Assembly: GCF_004010195.1 (NCBI RefSeq)
Contig: NC_057718.1
Span: 95,747,158 to 95,767,254, forward strand
DNA: 20,097 bases
Reading direction: 5' to 3'
Source of the DNA: Chiloscyllium plagiosum
Taxonomy: Eukaryota
Positions 1 through 9,904 of this stretch are shown here, one piece after another. How positions within the stretch are numbered: the stretch's first letter is position 1; every line of letters starts with the position of its first letter. The notes under the pieces were generated by a model. That model was not told the origin of the DNA, did not search any database, and worked only from the letters and a program-made list of their open reading frames with translations. A program made the position numbers and the translations under genes.

Positions 1-194
1 TCAAGTACAATGTACATTAGATGAGGTATTTGGATTGCAGGAAAATCACTGCTGGATGTGGAACGGTCTTTTGGGGCCTTGGATGGAGGTGAGAGGGTGG
101 GTGTGGGCGCAGGTTTTACACCTCTTTTGGTGGCAAGGCAAAGTGTCGGGAGTGGAGGGTGGGTTGGTGGGGGCATAAACCTAAGGAGGGAAGG
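1..194 (-). mobile_element. Penelope-like element fragment: Cys-rich linker upstream of the GIY-YIG endonuclease (runs off window edge)
   Basis: Minus strand translates PDTLPCHQKRCKTCAHTHPLTSIQGPKRPFHIQQ*FSC, the C-x4-C-x2-C linker between RT and GIY-YIG in PLEs; contains an in-frame stop. Confidence 0.8.
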
Positions 195-294
195 ACCTTC
201 TACACATCATCTACTGTGCCTGTTGCTCTCGATGTGGTCTCCTCTACACTGGCAAGACAGGTCACCAACTCAGGGATCATTTCAGGGAGCATCT

Positions 295-720
295 GGCACG
301 GTGGCTCAGTGGTTAGCACTGCAGCCTCACAGTACCAGGGTCCCAAGTTCGATTTCAACCTCGTGCGACTGTCTGGGTGGAGTTTGCACATTCTCCCTGT
401 GTCTGCGGAAGTTTCCTCTGGGTGCTCTGGTTTCCTCCCACAGTCCAAAGATGCGCAGGTCAGGGGAATTGGTCATGCTAAATTGTCCTTAGTGTTCAAA
501 GTTTGTGAGAAGATTTGTAGCTCGGGTGCTCATTGTTGTGGTTCTGTTCGCCGAGCTGGGAATTTGTGTTGCAGACGTTTCGTCCCCTGTGTCCTTAGTG
601 TGTGGTGCATTTGTCAGAGGTAAATGGGTCTGGGTGGGTTACTCTTCGGAGGGTCAGTGTGGACTGGTTGGGTCGAAGGGCTTGTTTCCACATTGTATGG
701 AATCTAATCTAAATCTAATT
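295..720 (+). mobile_element. HE1-like tRNA-derived SINE, itself interrupted at 496-589
   Basis: A box GTGGCTCAGTGG (301-312), B-box-like AGTTCGATTTC, central GGAGTTTGCACATTCTCC...CCCACAGTCCAAAGATG body shared with four other copies, (AATCT)n tail; TCTGG at 292-296 and 721-725 may be a short TSD. Confidence 0.9.
496..589 (-). mobile_element. 94-bp 5'-truncated PLE terminal fragment retaining only the 3' half of a hammerhead
   Basis: Flanked by perfect 12-bp direct repeat TGTCCTTAGTGT (484-495, 590-601). Reverse complement starts CAGGGGAC-GAAAC-GTC-TGC. PLE assignment rests on this motif and recalled family similarity. Confidence 0.7.
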
Positions 721-1086
721 TCTGGTACACCTGCACCATGTCATGGGTCTTTTCCACTGCCAAATCCAAGCCACTTGATGCCTGGAGGAAGAACGCCTCA
801 TTTTCTGCCTTGGAATCCTCCAACCATCCAGCATCAACATCAACTTCACCAGGTTCCTCGTCTCCCCTTGCCCCACCTCATCCCAGATCTAACCCTCTAA
901 CTCAGCACCGCCCTCTAGAACTGTCCTACCTATCCATTCCTTCCCACCTATCCACTCCACTCTCCCATCCGACCTATCACCATCACCCCCCACCTGCATC
1001 TACCTACAGCCTTCCCAAATATGTCACACCCGACCCGCACCCCCATTCTCCTAATTACATCAGCCCCCTTCCCTCAGCCCACATTC

Positions 1087-1114
1087 CCGATGAAGGGCTT
1101 TTGCCCGAGACGTT
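1087..1114 (+). ncRNA. Degenerate minimal hammerhead ribozyme (variant A), probably inactive
   Basis: CCGATGA-A-GGGC-TTTT-GCCC-GAGA-CGTT versus the intact CTGATGA-A-GGGC-TTTT-GCCC-GAAA-CGTC at 7337-7364; core changes U4C and A14G. Confidence 0.75.
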
Positions 1115-1184
1115 GATTCTCCTGCTCCTCGGATCTGCCTGATCTGCTGTGCTTTTCCAGCACACCAACCTCATCTCTGGATTG

Positions 1185-1390
1185 ACAGTCCAGTGATAAT
1201 ACCACGAAGCCATCGCGTCTCCATACGCTAACCAATCAGCATGTTTTTCTCATATAGTATCAAAATGTTATTTCTCTTTACATTGGTATTCTTGTGAATT
1301 GTCCTGAAGAGGGCAAGATGAAAAGATTCAACAAAATGTGTGTTTTTTTCGTGATACTTGAGTTCTGTCCTACCAAATAATATTCAGTTC
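1185..1390 (+). mobile_element. Old PLE-type terminal fragment with degenerate hammerhead (variant D)
   Basis: 1304-1329 CTGAAGA-GGGCAAGAT-GAAA-AGATTC. The flanks (TTGGTATTCTTG..AATTG; ATGTGT.TTTTTTTC) recur at 11533-11660. Confidence 0.55.
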
Positions 1391-1451
1391 AATAGCTGTT
1401 GAATAATTCTTTGAGGTTACACTTGGGAATATGCTGAGGTTTGCATGAATG

Positions 1452-3225
1452 TTCTTTTATTTATTGATTTGTTGGATGAGGGGTGTTGCTGGCTGTGTCA
1501 GCATTTATTCACCATCCCTGGTTGTCCCTCGAGAAGGTGGAGGTGAGCTGCCTTCTTGAACCACCACAGTCCATATGTTGTAGGTAGACACGCAATGACC
1601 TTAGGGAGAGAATTCTAGAATTTTGACCCAGCGACAGGAAAGGAATGGCGATAGGTTTCCTAGTCAAGATGGTGAATGGCTTGGAGGGGAGCATGAGGGG
1701 GTTCCCATGTATCTGCTGCCCTTGTCCTTCTAGATAGAAGTGATTGGGGGTTTGGAAGGTACTGTCCAAGGAGCCTTGGGGAATTTCTGCGGTCCATCTG
1801 ATAGATGGTACACACTACTGTCACTGTGAGTTGATGGTGAAGGGAGTAGATATTTGTGGATGTGATGTCAATCAAGTAGGCTGCTTTGTCAAGTTTCTTG
1901 ATTGTTGTTGGGACTGCTTTTATCCAGGCAAATGGATGTATTCCATCCCACTCCTGAATTATGCCCTGTCACGCTTTGGGAAGTGAGAAGCTAACTTACT
2001 CACTGCAAGATTTCCAGCGTCTGACATCCTCTTGGAGCCACTGTATTTATATTGGGAGTCCAGTTAACAGTCAATGGTAATGCCCCAGGATGTTCACAGT
2101 GGGGATTCAGTGATGCTAACACCACTGAATGTCAAGGAGCGATGTTTAGATTGCCTCTGATTGGAGATGGGATTGCCTGGCATGTATGTGGTGCAAATGT
2201 TACTTGCCCCTTTTTAGCTCAAACCTGGATGTTGTCCAACAATGACAGAAGTTGCTGGAGAGACTCTGCAGGTCAGGCAGCATCTGTGGAGAGAAAGCAG
2301 AGTTAACATTTTGGGTCCAGTGATCCTCCTTCAGAACTGATAGTAGCTAGGAAGAAATTGTATAAACGCTGGGTGGGGAGGTAATTGGGGGAGGTGGTAA
2401 GGGAGTAAGTGAATAGGTAGAGATGGAACCCAGAGGGAGAGAAAGACAGTTAGACAGACAAAAGGATAAATAATGGTAAGCCAGGGAGAAAGAAGAGGTG
2501 CTAATGGGGACTATTAATGGGTGAAAATGCGTCATCTGTGTTGAAAGTAGCCCATGTGATGACAGGGCCTTGGTGTGTAGTGGGTAAAGAACATGGAAGA
2601 AGGTTTTCTGGCCCTAAAATTATTCCACTCGATATTGAGTCCTGAAGGCTGCAGGGTCCCCATGTGGAAAATGAGATGATGTTTTTCCAGCTTGTGTTGA
2701 GCTTCGCTGGAGCACTGCAGCAAGCCTGACACAGGGGTGTTGGCCATGGAAGTGTGTTGATGGCAACTGAAAGCACGGGGTCATGCTTGAACACAGAAAG
2801 TAAGATGCCCAGTCTAAGGTTCATTTCCCCAATGTAGAGGAGATCACATTGTGAGCAGCATAGATCTTGTCCAAGTCTTGCTGCATTTAGCTATGGATAT
2901 GTGCAATCATGTACAAACATCTCCAGCTTTGACCTTATGATGGAGGGGAAATCATTGATGAAGCAGCTGAAGATGGTTGGGCCTAGGATACTACCCAAGG
3001 AACTACTGTGGAGATGACCTGGAATTGAGATGACTGACCTCCAACAACTACAGTCGGCTTCCTTTGTGCTAGGTGTGATTTCAACTAGCAGCACAAATTC
3101 CCCCCCCACTCCCGATTCCCATAGACTCCAGTTTTGCTCAGGTTACTCGACCATACACTTGTGGTCAGATGCAGTCTTGGTATGGAGAGCAGTCAGTCTC
3201 ACATCATCTGCAGATTTCAGCTCTT
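1452..3225 (-). mobile_element. Degraded CR1/L2-group LINE, 3' part of ORF2 plus 3' tail, interrupted by a PLE at 2240-2862
   Basis: ORF 2891-3109 contains SLGSILGPTIFSCFINDFPSIIRSKLEMFVHDCT (decayed PQG...FADD RT core); C-terminal frames at 1509-1875; A-rich 3' end at ~1452-1470. Confidence 0.8.
2240..2862 (-). mobile_element. Penelope-like element 3' part (GIY-YIG plus terminal region with degenerate hammerhead variant B)
   Basis: Minus strand CSQCDLLYIGEMNLRLG at ~2810-2860 and VSGLLQCSSEAQHKLEKHHLIFHMGTLQPSGLNIEWNNFR (ORF 2532-2747). HHR relic GTT-CTGAAGG-A-GGATC-ACTG-GACCC-AAAA-TGTT-AAC at 2302-2337. TSD GATGTTGTCCAA (2228-2239) / GATCTTGTCCAA (2863-2874), 11/12. Confidence 0.88.
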
Positions 3226-3502
3226 TAAGGCTAATAATGCTAATGTGGCAGTGGGTAGATGATGATTTAACCATAGGGGCTGGACAGAGGACAGTAGCAT
3301 GGGCCTAGCATGTTGTTTACCATGAGCATGTGTTGTGTGCAGCTGTACATAAATAATTCATGGGAAAGCCTACTACGTCCAAGTCATTCATAAGGAAACC
3401 TTTACTGAATAGAAGTTGGCTCATTCAGCCACAATTCCCATAAAAGCAGAGAACAAAGATGACAAAACATTTTTCAAAAACGATCATACCCACTCTAAGG
3501 CA

Positions 3503-3833
3503 AGGCAATGGTAGTGGTACTACCATTGGACTGGTAACCTGGAGACCCAGATAATATTCTGGGGAGCCAGGTTGTAATCTTGCCAAGGGAGATGGTGGAA
3601 TTTGAATTTAACAAAAGAAAATAATCTGGAACTAAGTGTCAAATGATGACCATGAATCCATTGCTGATCTGTTTCACTAATATCCTTCAGGGAAGGAAAC
3701 TGCTATCCTTACCTGGTCTGGCCTACATGTGACTCCAGACCCACAGCCATGTGGTTGACTCTTAACTGCCCTCTGGGCAATAAATGCTGGTCCAGCCAGT
3801 GACATCCACGTCCTGTGAATGAGTAAAAAAAAA
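3503..3833 (+). mobile_element. tRNA-derived SINE (not HE1) whose 3' tail matches the LINE at 1452-3225
   Basis: Degenerate tRNA-like head with B-box-like GGTTGTAATCT (3570-3580); tail GGGCAATAAATGCTGGTCCAGCCAGTGACATCC...GAGT-A9 resembles the reverse complement of 1452-1515. Confidence 0.75.
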
Positions 3834-5023
3834 CCTATTAATCATTTAACAACCCATTTTAGTCTTGCTTCAGCAACGCTAGCCCACACATTTCAAAGTG
3901 ATCGTCTGGAAACTTGGTTGCATGGCAAATTTTTTTTTTGTATCCTTTTTAGCATGGCCCAAAGTGTTCACAGTGGTGAAGCTGTGACACCAATCATTGC
4001 GGTGCCAATTTGGAACTTAAACCTCCAGCTTAACACCCTCTCTTACTCTTACCTGGCACCTGTACAACCATTTAAATTCTCAGGCAGCCCTGTTTCCACT
4101 GGATGGAAGCAGGCATGGGTTAATCAAACATCATGAGCCACACACCCATATCCTGGGGCTACCAAATTTTTCTTTGATCATTGTTATAAACTAAGGGAGG
4201 TTATTGCTTAATTGCTAATATATCACTGACAGTCATAACTAGCTGGAATTTATTGGCAGGAATTATCTAGTTTTAATAAAGTGTGACATTTTTAACAACT
4301 GCTTCAGACAGAATAAAAGATATTAAATCATGGGTTTTGACAGAGTGGAACCATGCTAGAGGTATCTGTAATGTCTTGAACTTAATTTTAAAAAAATTAC
4401 AATGAGAATTCTCAAATGGCAATATTGCTTATGTTTGTTTTTCGCTAGCCACAATTTTTTGGGAAGCCATTCACATTGGTGTAAGATTAAATTCTTTCCA
4501 GTTTGTTTTGTCCATCCATTAATAAATCTTCCAATTTCTCAATTTAATCCTTTGTTCCTGATTTTTTTCCATGCTTGCGGCCTGATCATCTTCAAACAAT
4601 TGACGATGAATAGGAATGCAGAGGCAAACCACAAATAAACTTTGTCCTTTTAAAAATGATTTCCCACACATTTACGCCAGTAATGTCAGCATAATCTGAC
4701 CATGATCAGCCAAAATCAGAGTAAAAATCAAGATATATCAAACGGCAGTGAATTAAATCCCAAAGCACTCAATGGTTGCACTTCCCACGAATTAAGATTC
4801 AGTTCTGACCTGCCCCCTGAAAGTGACCACACCACCATATTGACAATGTGCAATTCCCTGGGTTGTATCAGATTTCAAAGGCATTCTTTCAAAGGTCATA
4901 ACTTTTCTTAAAAATCCTACAAAGAAACATTCCAGCTCCACAAATGAAACCAAATAATAATTTAGCATAATTTCTCGCCATTTTCAGTGATTTTAAAGTC
5001 AGGTTACTCCGAGGCAAACTTAA

Positions 5024-5353
5024 GGGCGGCACAGTGGCTCAACGGTCAGCACTGCTTCTGCCTCACAGCACCAGGGACCCGGGTTCAATTTCAACCTCAG
5101 GCGACTGTCTGTGTGAGGTTGCATGTCTTCCCAGTGTCTGTGTGGGTTTCCTCCGGGTGCTCTGCTTTCCTCCCACAGTCCAAAGATGTGCAGGTTAGGT
5201 GGGTTGGCCATGCTAAATTACCCATAGTGTCCAGGGAAGTTCAGGTTAGATGTGTTAACCATGGGAAATGCAGGGTTATAAGGATAGAGTAGAATGCCCT
5301 TTGGAGGGGTCAATGGGTCAAATGGCCTTTTTCTGCACTGTAGGATTCTATGA
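5024..5353 (+). mobile_element. HE1-like SINE
   Basis: GGGCGGCACAGTGGCTCAACGG head, GGTTCAATTTC B box, conserved body, CR1-type tail ...CACTGTAGGATTCTATGA. Confidence 0.9.
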
Positions 5354-5668
5354 CCAATGAAGGATCTGTTTGTTAACTTTTTTTTGGTGATAAACACATT
5401 TACACTTGTATTGATTAAAACACAACTAGATTGTCCCCCATATATACAACAAGAGACACTCTTTATTGGAAAGCTTTGACAAACAGGAAATGATTTCATT
5501 CTGCAATGCTGCCCAGTTACATTAGTTCATTATGTAATTGTAAATTTGCCAACCAATTTTATCAGAAACTGCAATGTTGATCGGTGTGGATGGCACTGTA
5601 GAAGACCCATAACTGTCTCAAGGGTCAGGTAACAGCGCCTCGGCTGTCTAGGCTGCTTTATCACTTAC

Positions 5669-5800
5669 AAGCAAAATACTGTGGATGATGGAAATCTGAA
5701 GCAGACGCAGACAATGCTGGAGAAGCTCAGTAGGTCTGGCAGCACCTGTGGACACAGAAATACAGATAATGTTTCGTGTCCAGTATGACACGTTTTCTTC
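5669..5800 (-). mobile_element. Short PLE terminal fragment, 5'-truncated inside a hammerhead core (variant B-like)
   Basis: Similar to 2245-2335. Reverse complement starts GAAGAAAA-CGTGTC-ATACTG-GACAC-GAAAC-ATT. Possible TSD TATCACTTAC (5659-5668) / TGTCATTTAC (5801-5810), 8/10. Confidence 0.7.
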
Positions 5801-5935
5801 TGTCATTTACCCACAGGCTCATGCCTGCTTCTTAGGTCTCCGTCTTCATAACACTTCCCAGGTTCTCTTTGATTCACTATCAACCCTGACCTTCAATCTG
5901 CTGTGATCCTGTTGAGCGGTGGAACAGGCTCGAGG

Positions 5936-6090
5936 CTCTTGGGCATTAATCTCTCAAGGAATTAAGGGATACGGGGAGAGTGCAGGTAAGTGGCGTTGAA
6001 ATGTCCATCAGCCATGATTGAATGGCAGAGTGGACTTGATGGGCCAAATGGCCTTACTTCCACTCCTGTTTCTTATGGTCTTACTTATGG
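5936..6090 (+). mobile_element. CR1-clade LINE extreme 3' end
   Basis: ATCAGCCATGATTGAATGGCAGAGTGGACTTGATGGGCCAAATGGCCTTACTTC followed by a CTTATGG-repeat tail; appears to interrupt an older similar 3' end at ~5895-5935. Confidence 0.7.
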
Positions 6091-7235
6091 GTTCTAAATG
6101 GGTTGAGGAGCCCTTTGTATTTCTTTAAAAAAAATTGCAGACTAATGGTAGTTCATTCTGACCACCTCGTTTTGCTGCCTTGGCCATTTTAGAATTTGCT
6201 TAGATGCAGTCTTTGCTCCTATTCCCCCTTTCACCTATCCAAATCTGAAGCCGAACCAACACTACGAGCTAGGGGAAACTAGGCTGCGAACAACATGCTT
6301 CTGTCATGTTCACTTGAAGCTTGGCAATAAGCCATTTATCTCTGTCACTAGAGGAAATACAAGGCTCTCCTGTTTATTGTAGAGTTGGGGAACCCAGCAC
6401 CAATGGAGTTTTACATGAAAAAGGAACACAGTTGAAGTACTTGCATTGATATAACAGTCTTCGTGACTGCCAAGGGCCTCAAAGCCAATAAAAAAAGACA
6501 TTCCGAAGCACCTTTTGCCAACACGAGGCATCACGTTCCGGAAAGGAACAGAGACATTTGAAGGGGATATTCCCAATCCCAACAAAGTGAGGCACCACAA
6601 TGTATTAGAATTTGGAATCGTAGGCTGTGCCACTCAAATAAAACTGCAGCCTGTTCGTATGCGTCTAATACAAACTAGCATGTGTAGATGCTAGTCAGAT
6701 GATATCAGTGCTCAATAAAATATTTGGTTCTGTTGGAAGAGTAGTGTATGGTTCACCACCAAATTAGCTCAAGCATTTCAAACAGTCTATTGTACAAGTC
6801 TGTCTGCCGCCATCCCTCATTCTGTAAATAATTTTGTTCTCCTTTGTACTGTTATTCATCTATGTTGCATCAAAGCAATAGGAATGTATACGGTAAATGC
6901 CTGACTCGTCAGTGCATGCTCTCCTGCAGTCTGGTAATTGTTCCTTCAGGAACCACAAGGTAACTGCACATGGTTGAATTAATTTAATCGACAAAAGACC
7001 TCTGGAGTATCTCAGCTTCTGAGAAACAGCCTGGCCCCACGAGTAATTAGCCTCATGGCCATTAAATATCTGCCTCTTGTCTTTGTTAGCAGAGAACAAC
7101 ATATTATTCAATGTATGGTCTGCCGAGATAATGTACAGTTTGAGTGTCACTTTCTCTCACTTAGCCTGTTGGTTATGTAGTTTAACACTCGAATCGTATT
7201 GCTTCTTGCTTCTGAGTTGGTTGGATATATTGAGT

Positions 7236-7410
7236 AGGTAAAAACAATGACTGCAGATGCTGCAAACCAGAGTCCAGATTAGAGTTGAGCTGGAAAAGCA
7301 CAGCAGTTCAGGCAGCATCCGAGGAGCAGTAAAATCGACGTTTCGGGCAAAAGCCCTTCATCAGGAACACAGGCAGAGAGCCTGAAGGGTGGAGAGATAA
7401 GTGAGAGTAG
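7236..7410 (-). mobile_element. 175-bp PLE terminal insertion with intact hammerhead and perfect TSD
   Basis: Perfect 13-bp direct repeat GGATATATTGAGT at 7223-7235 and 7411-7423; body homologous to 1085-1183. Confidence 0.9.
7337..7364 (-). ncRNA. Minimal hammerhead ribozyme (variant A), catalytic core intact
   Basis: Reverse complement CTGATGA-A-GGGC-TTTT-GCCC-GAAA-C-GTC: CUGANGA box, 4-bp stem II with tetraloop, GAAA box, palindromic ACGU in place of stem III, GUC cleavage triplet. Confidence 0.85.
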
Positions 7411-8144
7411 GGATATATTGAGTGTCAGGGTGCTTTTAATATCCCTTTTAACCATTCAGCGACCTTCATGGAGGACACATACTGTTCCCGAGGATAGTAG
7501 TAAATCAGTAAAAAAAAATGATTATCCATCATTGTTCTGACAACTTCGACATTTCATTAATGTTTTCTTTAATTTATGAGCTGTTCTGAATCCACTGCCC
7601 AACCTAACTTCGTCATTTTCTTCTGGCTTTTCCTGTGTTACCTGGGATAGCCACAATCTTGGTTGATCACCTTGATGCTAACCCTTGTTGTGGATTTGTT
7701 AGGTGGCTTTTGTAGCTGGATATCCTTCCTAATGCTCATCTCTGCCCCTTCTATGTCGGCAATGTATCCAATTTACAGTGGTGCCAGCTGAAAGGGTTAA
7801 AGGCGAATTGACTTGATGGGTCAAAGTAGCCCTCAAAACTGATTCTCCCCCACCCCTCACCCCACTGCCTCTAACTCCTAGTCTTACTCATTGCTGGGTT
7901 TCCCACAGATCATGGTCCTGCACCCACTGTAGGCAACATACCAGTGGTGGCAGAATGAAATCTTGAGTGACCTCTAATTGGTGAGTGAGCCCAAGGATGG
8001 AGGGACTGAATGTCAGGTGCCCTGCCCCAGACCTCTCAATTGAAGGGTGGGTTGGTGGTTGGCAGGTACTGGGAAGGACATCCTCTCACTAACTCAAACC
8101 CATCTCGGAACAACGTGAATTCCAATCGCAATTGCTGGCAGCTA

Positions 8145-9025
8145 ACAGCACAGGAACAGGCCCTTCAGATCTCCAAGACTGCGCTGACACTTGATGTCTT
8201 TCTAACCTAAATGGTCCATACATGGTCATATCCTTCTATTCTTTGCCTAATTGTATATCTGTTGAGATGCTTCTTAAGCATTGCGATTGTATCCTTCTCC
8301 ACTATCTCCTCTTGCTATGCCCTCCAAGCACTTTCTACCCTTTGTGTAAGAAACTTGCTCTCATAACTCCTTTAAACCTACCCCCTTTTAAACTAAACAT
8401 ATGCCCCCTGGTCATTGACATTTCTGCTCTGGGAAATAGATTCCAATTATCCATTTGATCCGCAGCTCTTCTAAATTTGTAAACTTCTATCGGGTTGCCC
8501 CTCATCCTGCAATGTTCAAGTGAAAACAGATCAAGTTTGCTCAATCTCTCCTCATACCTAATACCCTCCAAACCAGGCAACATCCTGGTAAACTGTTTCT
8601 GTACCCTCACCAAAGGCTCCACATCCTTTTGTAATGTGGCGACTAGAACTGTACACAATCTCCCACAAGTGTGGCCTAAGTAAAGTTCCATACAGTGCAC
8701 CATGACTTACTAATTTTTATATTCTATGCCCTGACCAATGAAGGCAAGCATATGCCATATGCCTTCTTGACCACCTTATCCACTTGTGTTGCTATTTTTA
8801 GGGAACAGTGGACTCTGTACACCAAAATCCCTCTGAATGTTGATGCTTCAAAGAGTTTTGACATTCACCGTGTACTTCCCTTCTGCATTAAATCTTCCAA
8901 AATGCCTCACCTTGCCTTTGTCCAAATTAAACTCCATCTGATAATTTTCTATCCAGGTTTCCAGCCTATTTATATCCTGTTGCATCCTCTGGCAATCCTC
9001 CTCACTATCCCTAGTTCCCCCCTTT
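8145..9025 (-). mobile_element. CR1-clade LINE, ORF2 C-terminus and 3' UTR (left part of the 8145-10730 element)
   Basis: ORF 8335-8703 LVRVQKQFTRMLPGLEGIRYEERLSKLDLFSLE...TRGH; ORF 8848-9030 DSEEDCQRMQQDINRLETW...MEFNLDKGKVRHFGR. Confidence 0.9.
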
Positions 9026-9288
9026 CTCAAACAAGGAATTAGGAAGGCTAAAAGGAGTCATAAAATGCCTTTGGCGAACAGGATTAAGGTAAATCCCAAG
9101 GTATTTTATACATACCTAAGGAGCCAAGACAGTAGCTAGGGAAAGGGTAGGTCCACTTAAGGACAAAAGAGGAAATTTATATGTGAAGCCCAGAGGAAGT
9201 GGGTGAGGTCCTCAGTGACTACGTTGCATCAGTATTCACAAAAGAGAAGTACATGGTGGATGATGAGTCTTGGGGAGGGGGGGATATT
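9026..9288 (+). mobile_element. Internal CR1 ORF2 segment (EN-RT tether) inserted antisense into the surrounding CR1
   Basis: Reads IRKAKRSHKMPLANRIKVNPKVFYTYLRS...GEVLSDYVASVFTKEK; flanked by TTCCCCCCTTT (9015-9025) / TTCCCTCCTTT (9289-9299), 10/11. Confidence 0.8.
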
Positions 9289-9563
9289 TTCCCTCCTTTT
9301 CTGTCATCTGCAAACTTACTATTCAGGCCACCTACATTCTCCTTCAGATCATTTGTGTACAAACAACCAAGGTCCCAGCACCACTCCCTATGGACACCAC
9401 GGCTCACAAACCTCCAAACTGAAAAACACCCTTCCACTGCTACTCTCTGTCTTCTAGGACTAAGACAGTTCTGCATCCATCTTACCAACTCGCTGCAGAT
9501 CCCATGTCACTTCACCTTTTGCATCAGCTGGCCATGAGGGACCTTGTCAAAGTCCTTGCTAAA

Positions 9564-9595
9564 CCTGATGAAGGAGCAGTGCTCCAAAACCTAGT
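9564..9595 (+). ncRNA. Isolated degenerate hammerhead (variant C) inserted in CR1 RT
   Basis: C-CTGATGA-A-GGAGC-AGT-GCTCC-AAAA-CCTAGT; perfect 5-bp stem II, G12A change; homologous to 11480-11508 and 12499-12528. Confidence 0.7.
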
Positions 9596-9904
9596 AGATT
9601 AGATTCCCTACGGTATGGAAACAGGCCCTTCAGCCCAACAAATCCAAACCAACCCTCCAAAGAGTAACCCACCCAAACCCTTTCCCTTCTCCTATATTTA
9701 CCCCTGACTAATGCACCTAACACTATGGGCAATTTAGCATGGCCGATTCACCTGACCTGCACATCTTTGGACTGTGGGAGGAAACCCACGCAGACACAGG
9801 GAGAATGCGCAAACTCCACACAGACAGTGACACGAGGGAGGAATTGAACCTGCGTCCCTGGGGTTGTGAGGCAGCAGTGCTAACCACTGAGCCACCATGC
9901 CATC
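9596..9904 (-). mobile_element. HE1-like SINE
   Basis: Reverse complement of the HE1-like head (CTAACCACTGAGCCACC), body and AGATTAGATTCCCTAC tail; candidate TSD CCTAGT at 9590-9595 and 9905-9910. Confidence 0.9.

Larger units (their letters stand above)
195..1183 (+). mobile_element. Penelope-like element 3' part (GIY-YIG endonuclease, pyrimidine-rich 3' region, degenerate hammerhead), interrupted by an HE1-like SINE
   Basis: ~203-294 reads HIIYCACCSRCGLLYTGKTGHQLRDHFREHL (GIY-YIG N-terminal motifs). After the SINE, ~737-862 reads HVMGLFHCQIQAT*CLEEERLIFCLGILQPSSININFTRFL (GIY-YIG C-terminus). The 3' end matches the reverse complement of the 7236-7410 insert. Confidence 0.85.

Noticed and set aside
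295..365. tRNA gene candidates at SINE heads
   Set aside because: A and B boxes are followed by SINE bodies and LINE-type tails; no complete cloverleaf is evident.
58..623. Recurring ORFs with AQWLALLPH / VSSGCSGFLPQSKDVQVR peptides (also 4987-5292, 15373-15615, 18330-18594)
   Set aside because: They are translations of the non-coding HE1-like SINE, not a protein family.
738..1142. 134-aa Pro/His/Ser-rich ORF
   Set aside because: Off-frame reading of the PLE GIY-YIG end and its pyrimidine-rich 3' region.
6950..6959. Possible micro-exon (TTCCTTCAG|GAACCACAAG|GTAACT)
   Set aside because: 10 nt, not frame-preserving, and no supporting exon elsewhere in the window.
7909..7980. 72-nt exon-like segment (TTTCCCACAG ... 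GTGAGT)
   Set aside because: Stop codons in all three frames, and the surroundings look like a decayed repeat; a non-coding exon cannot be excluded without RNA data.
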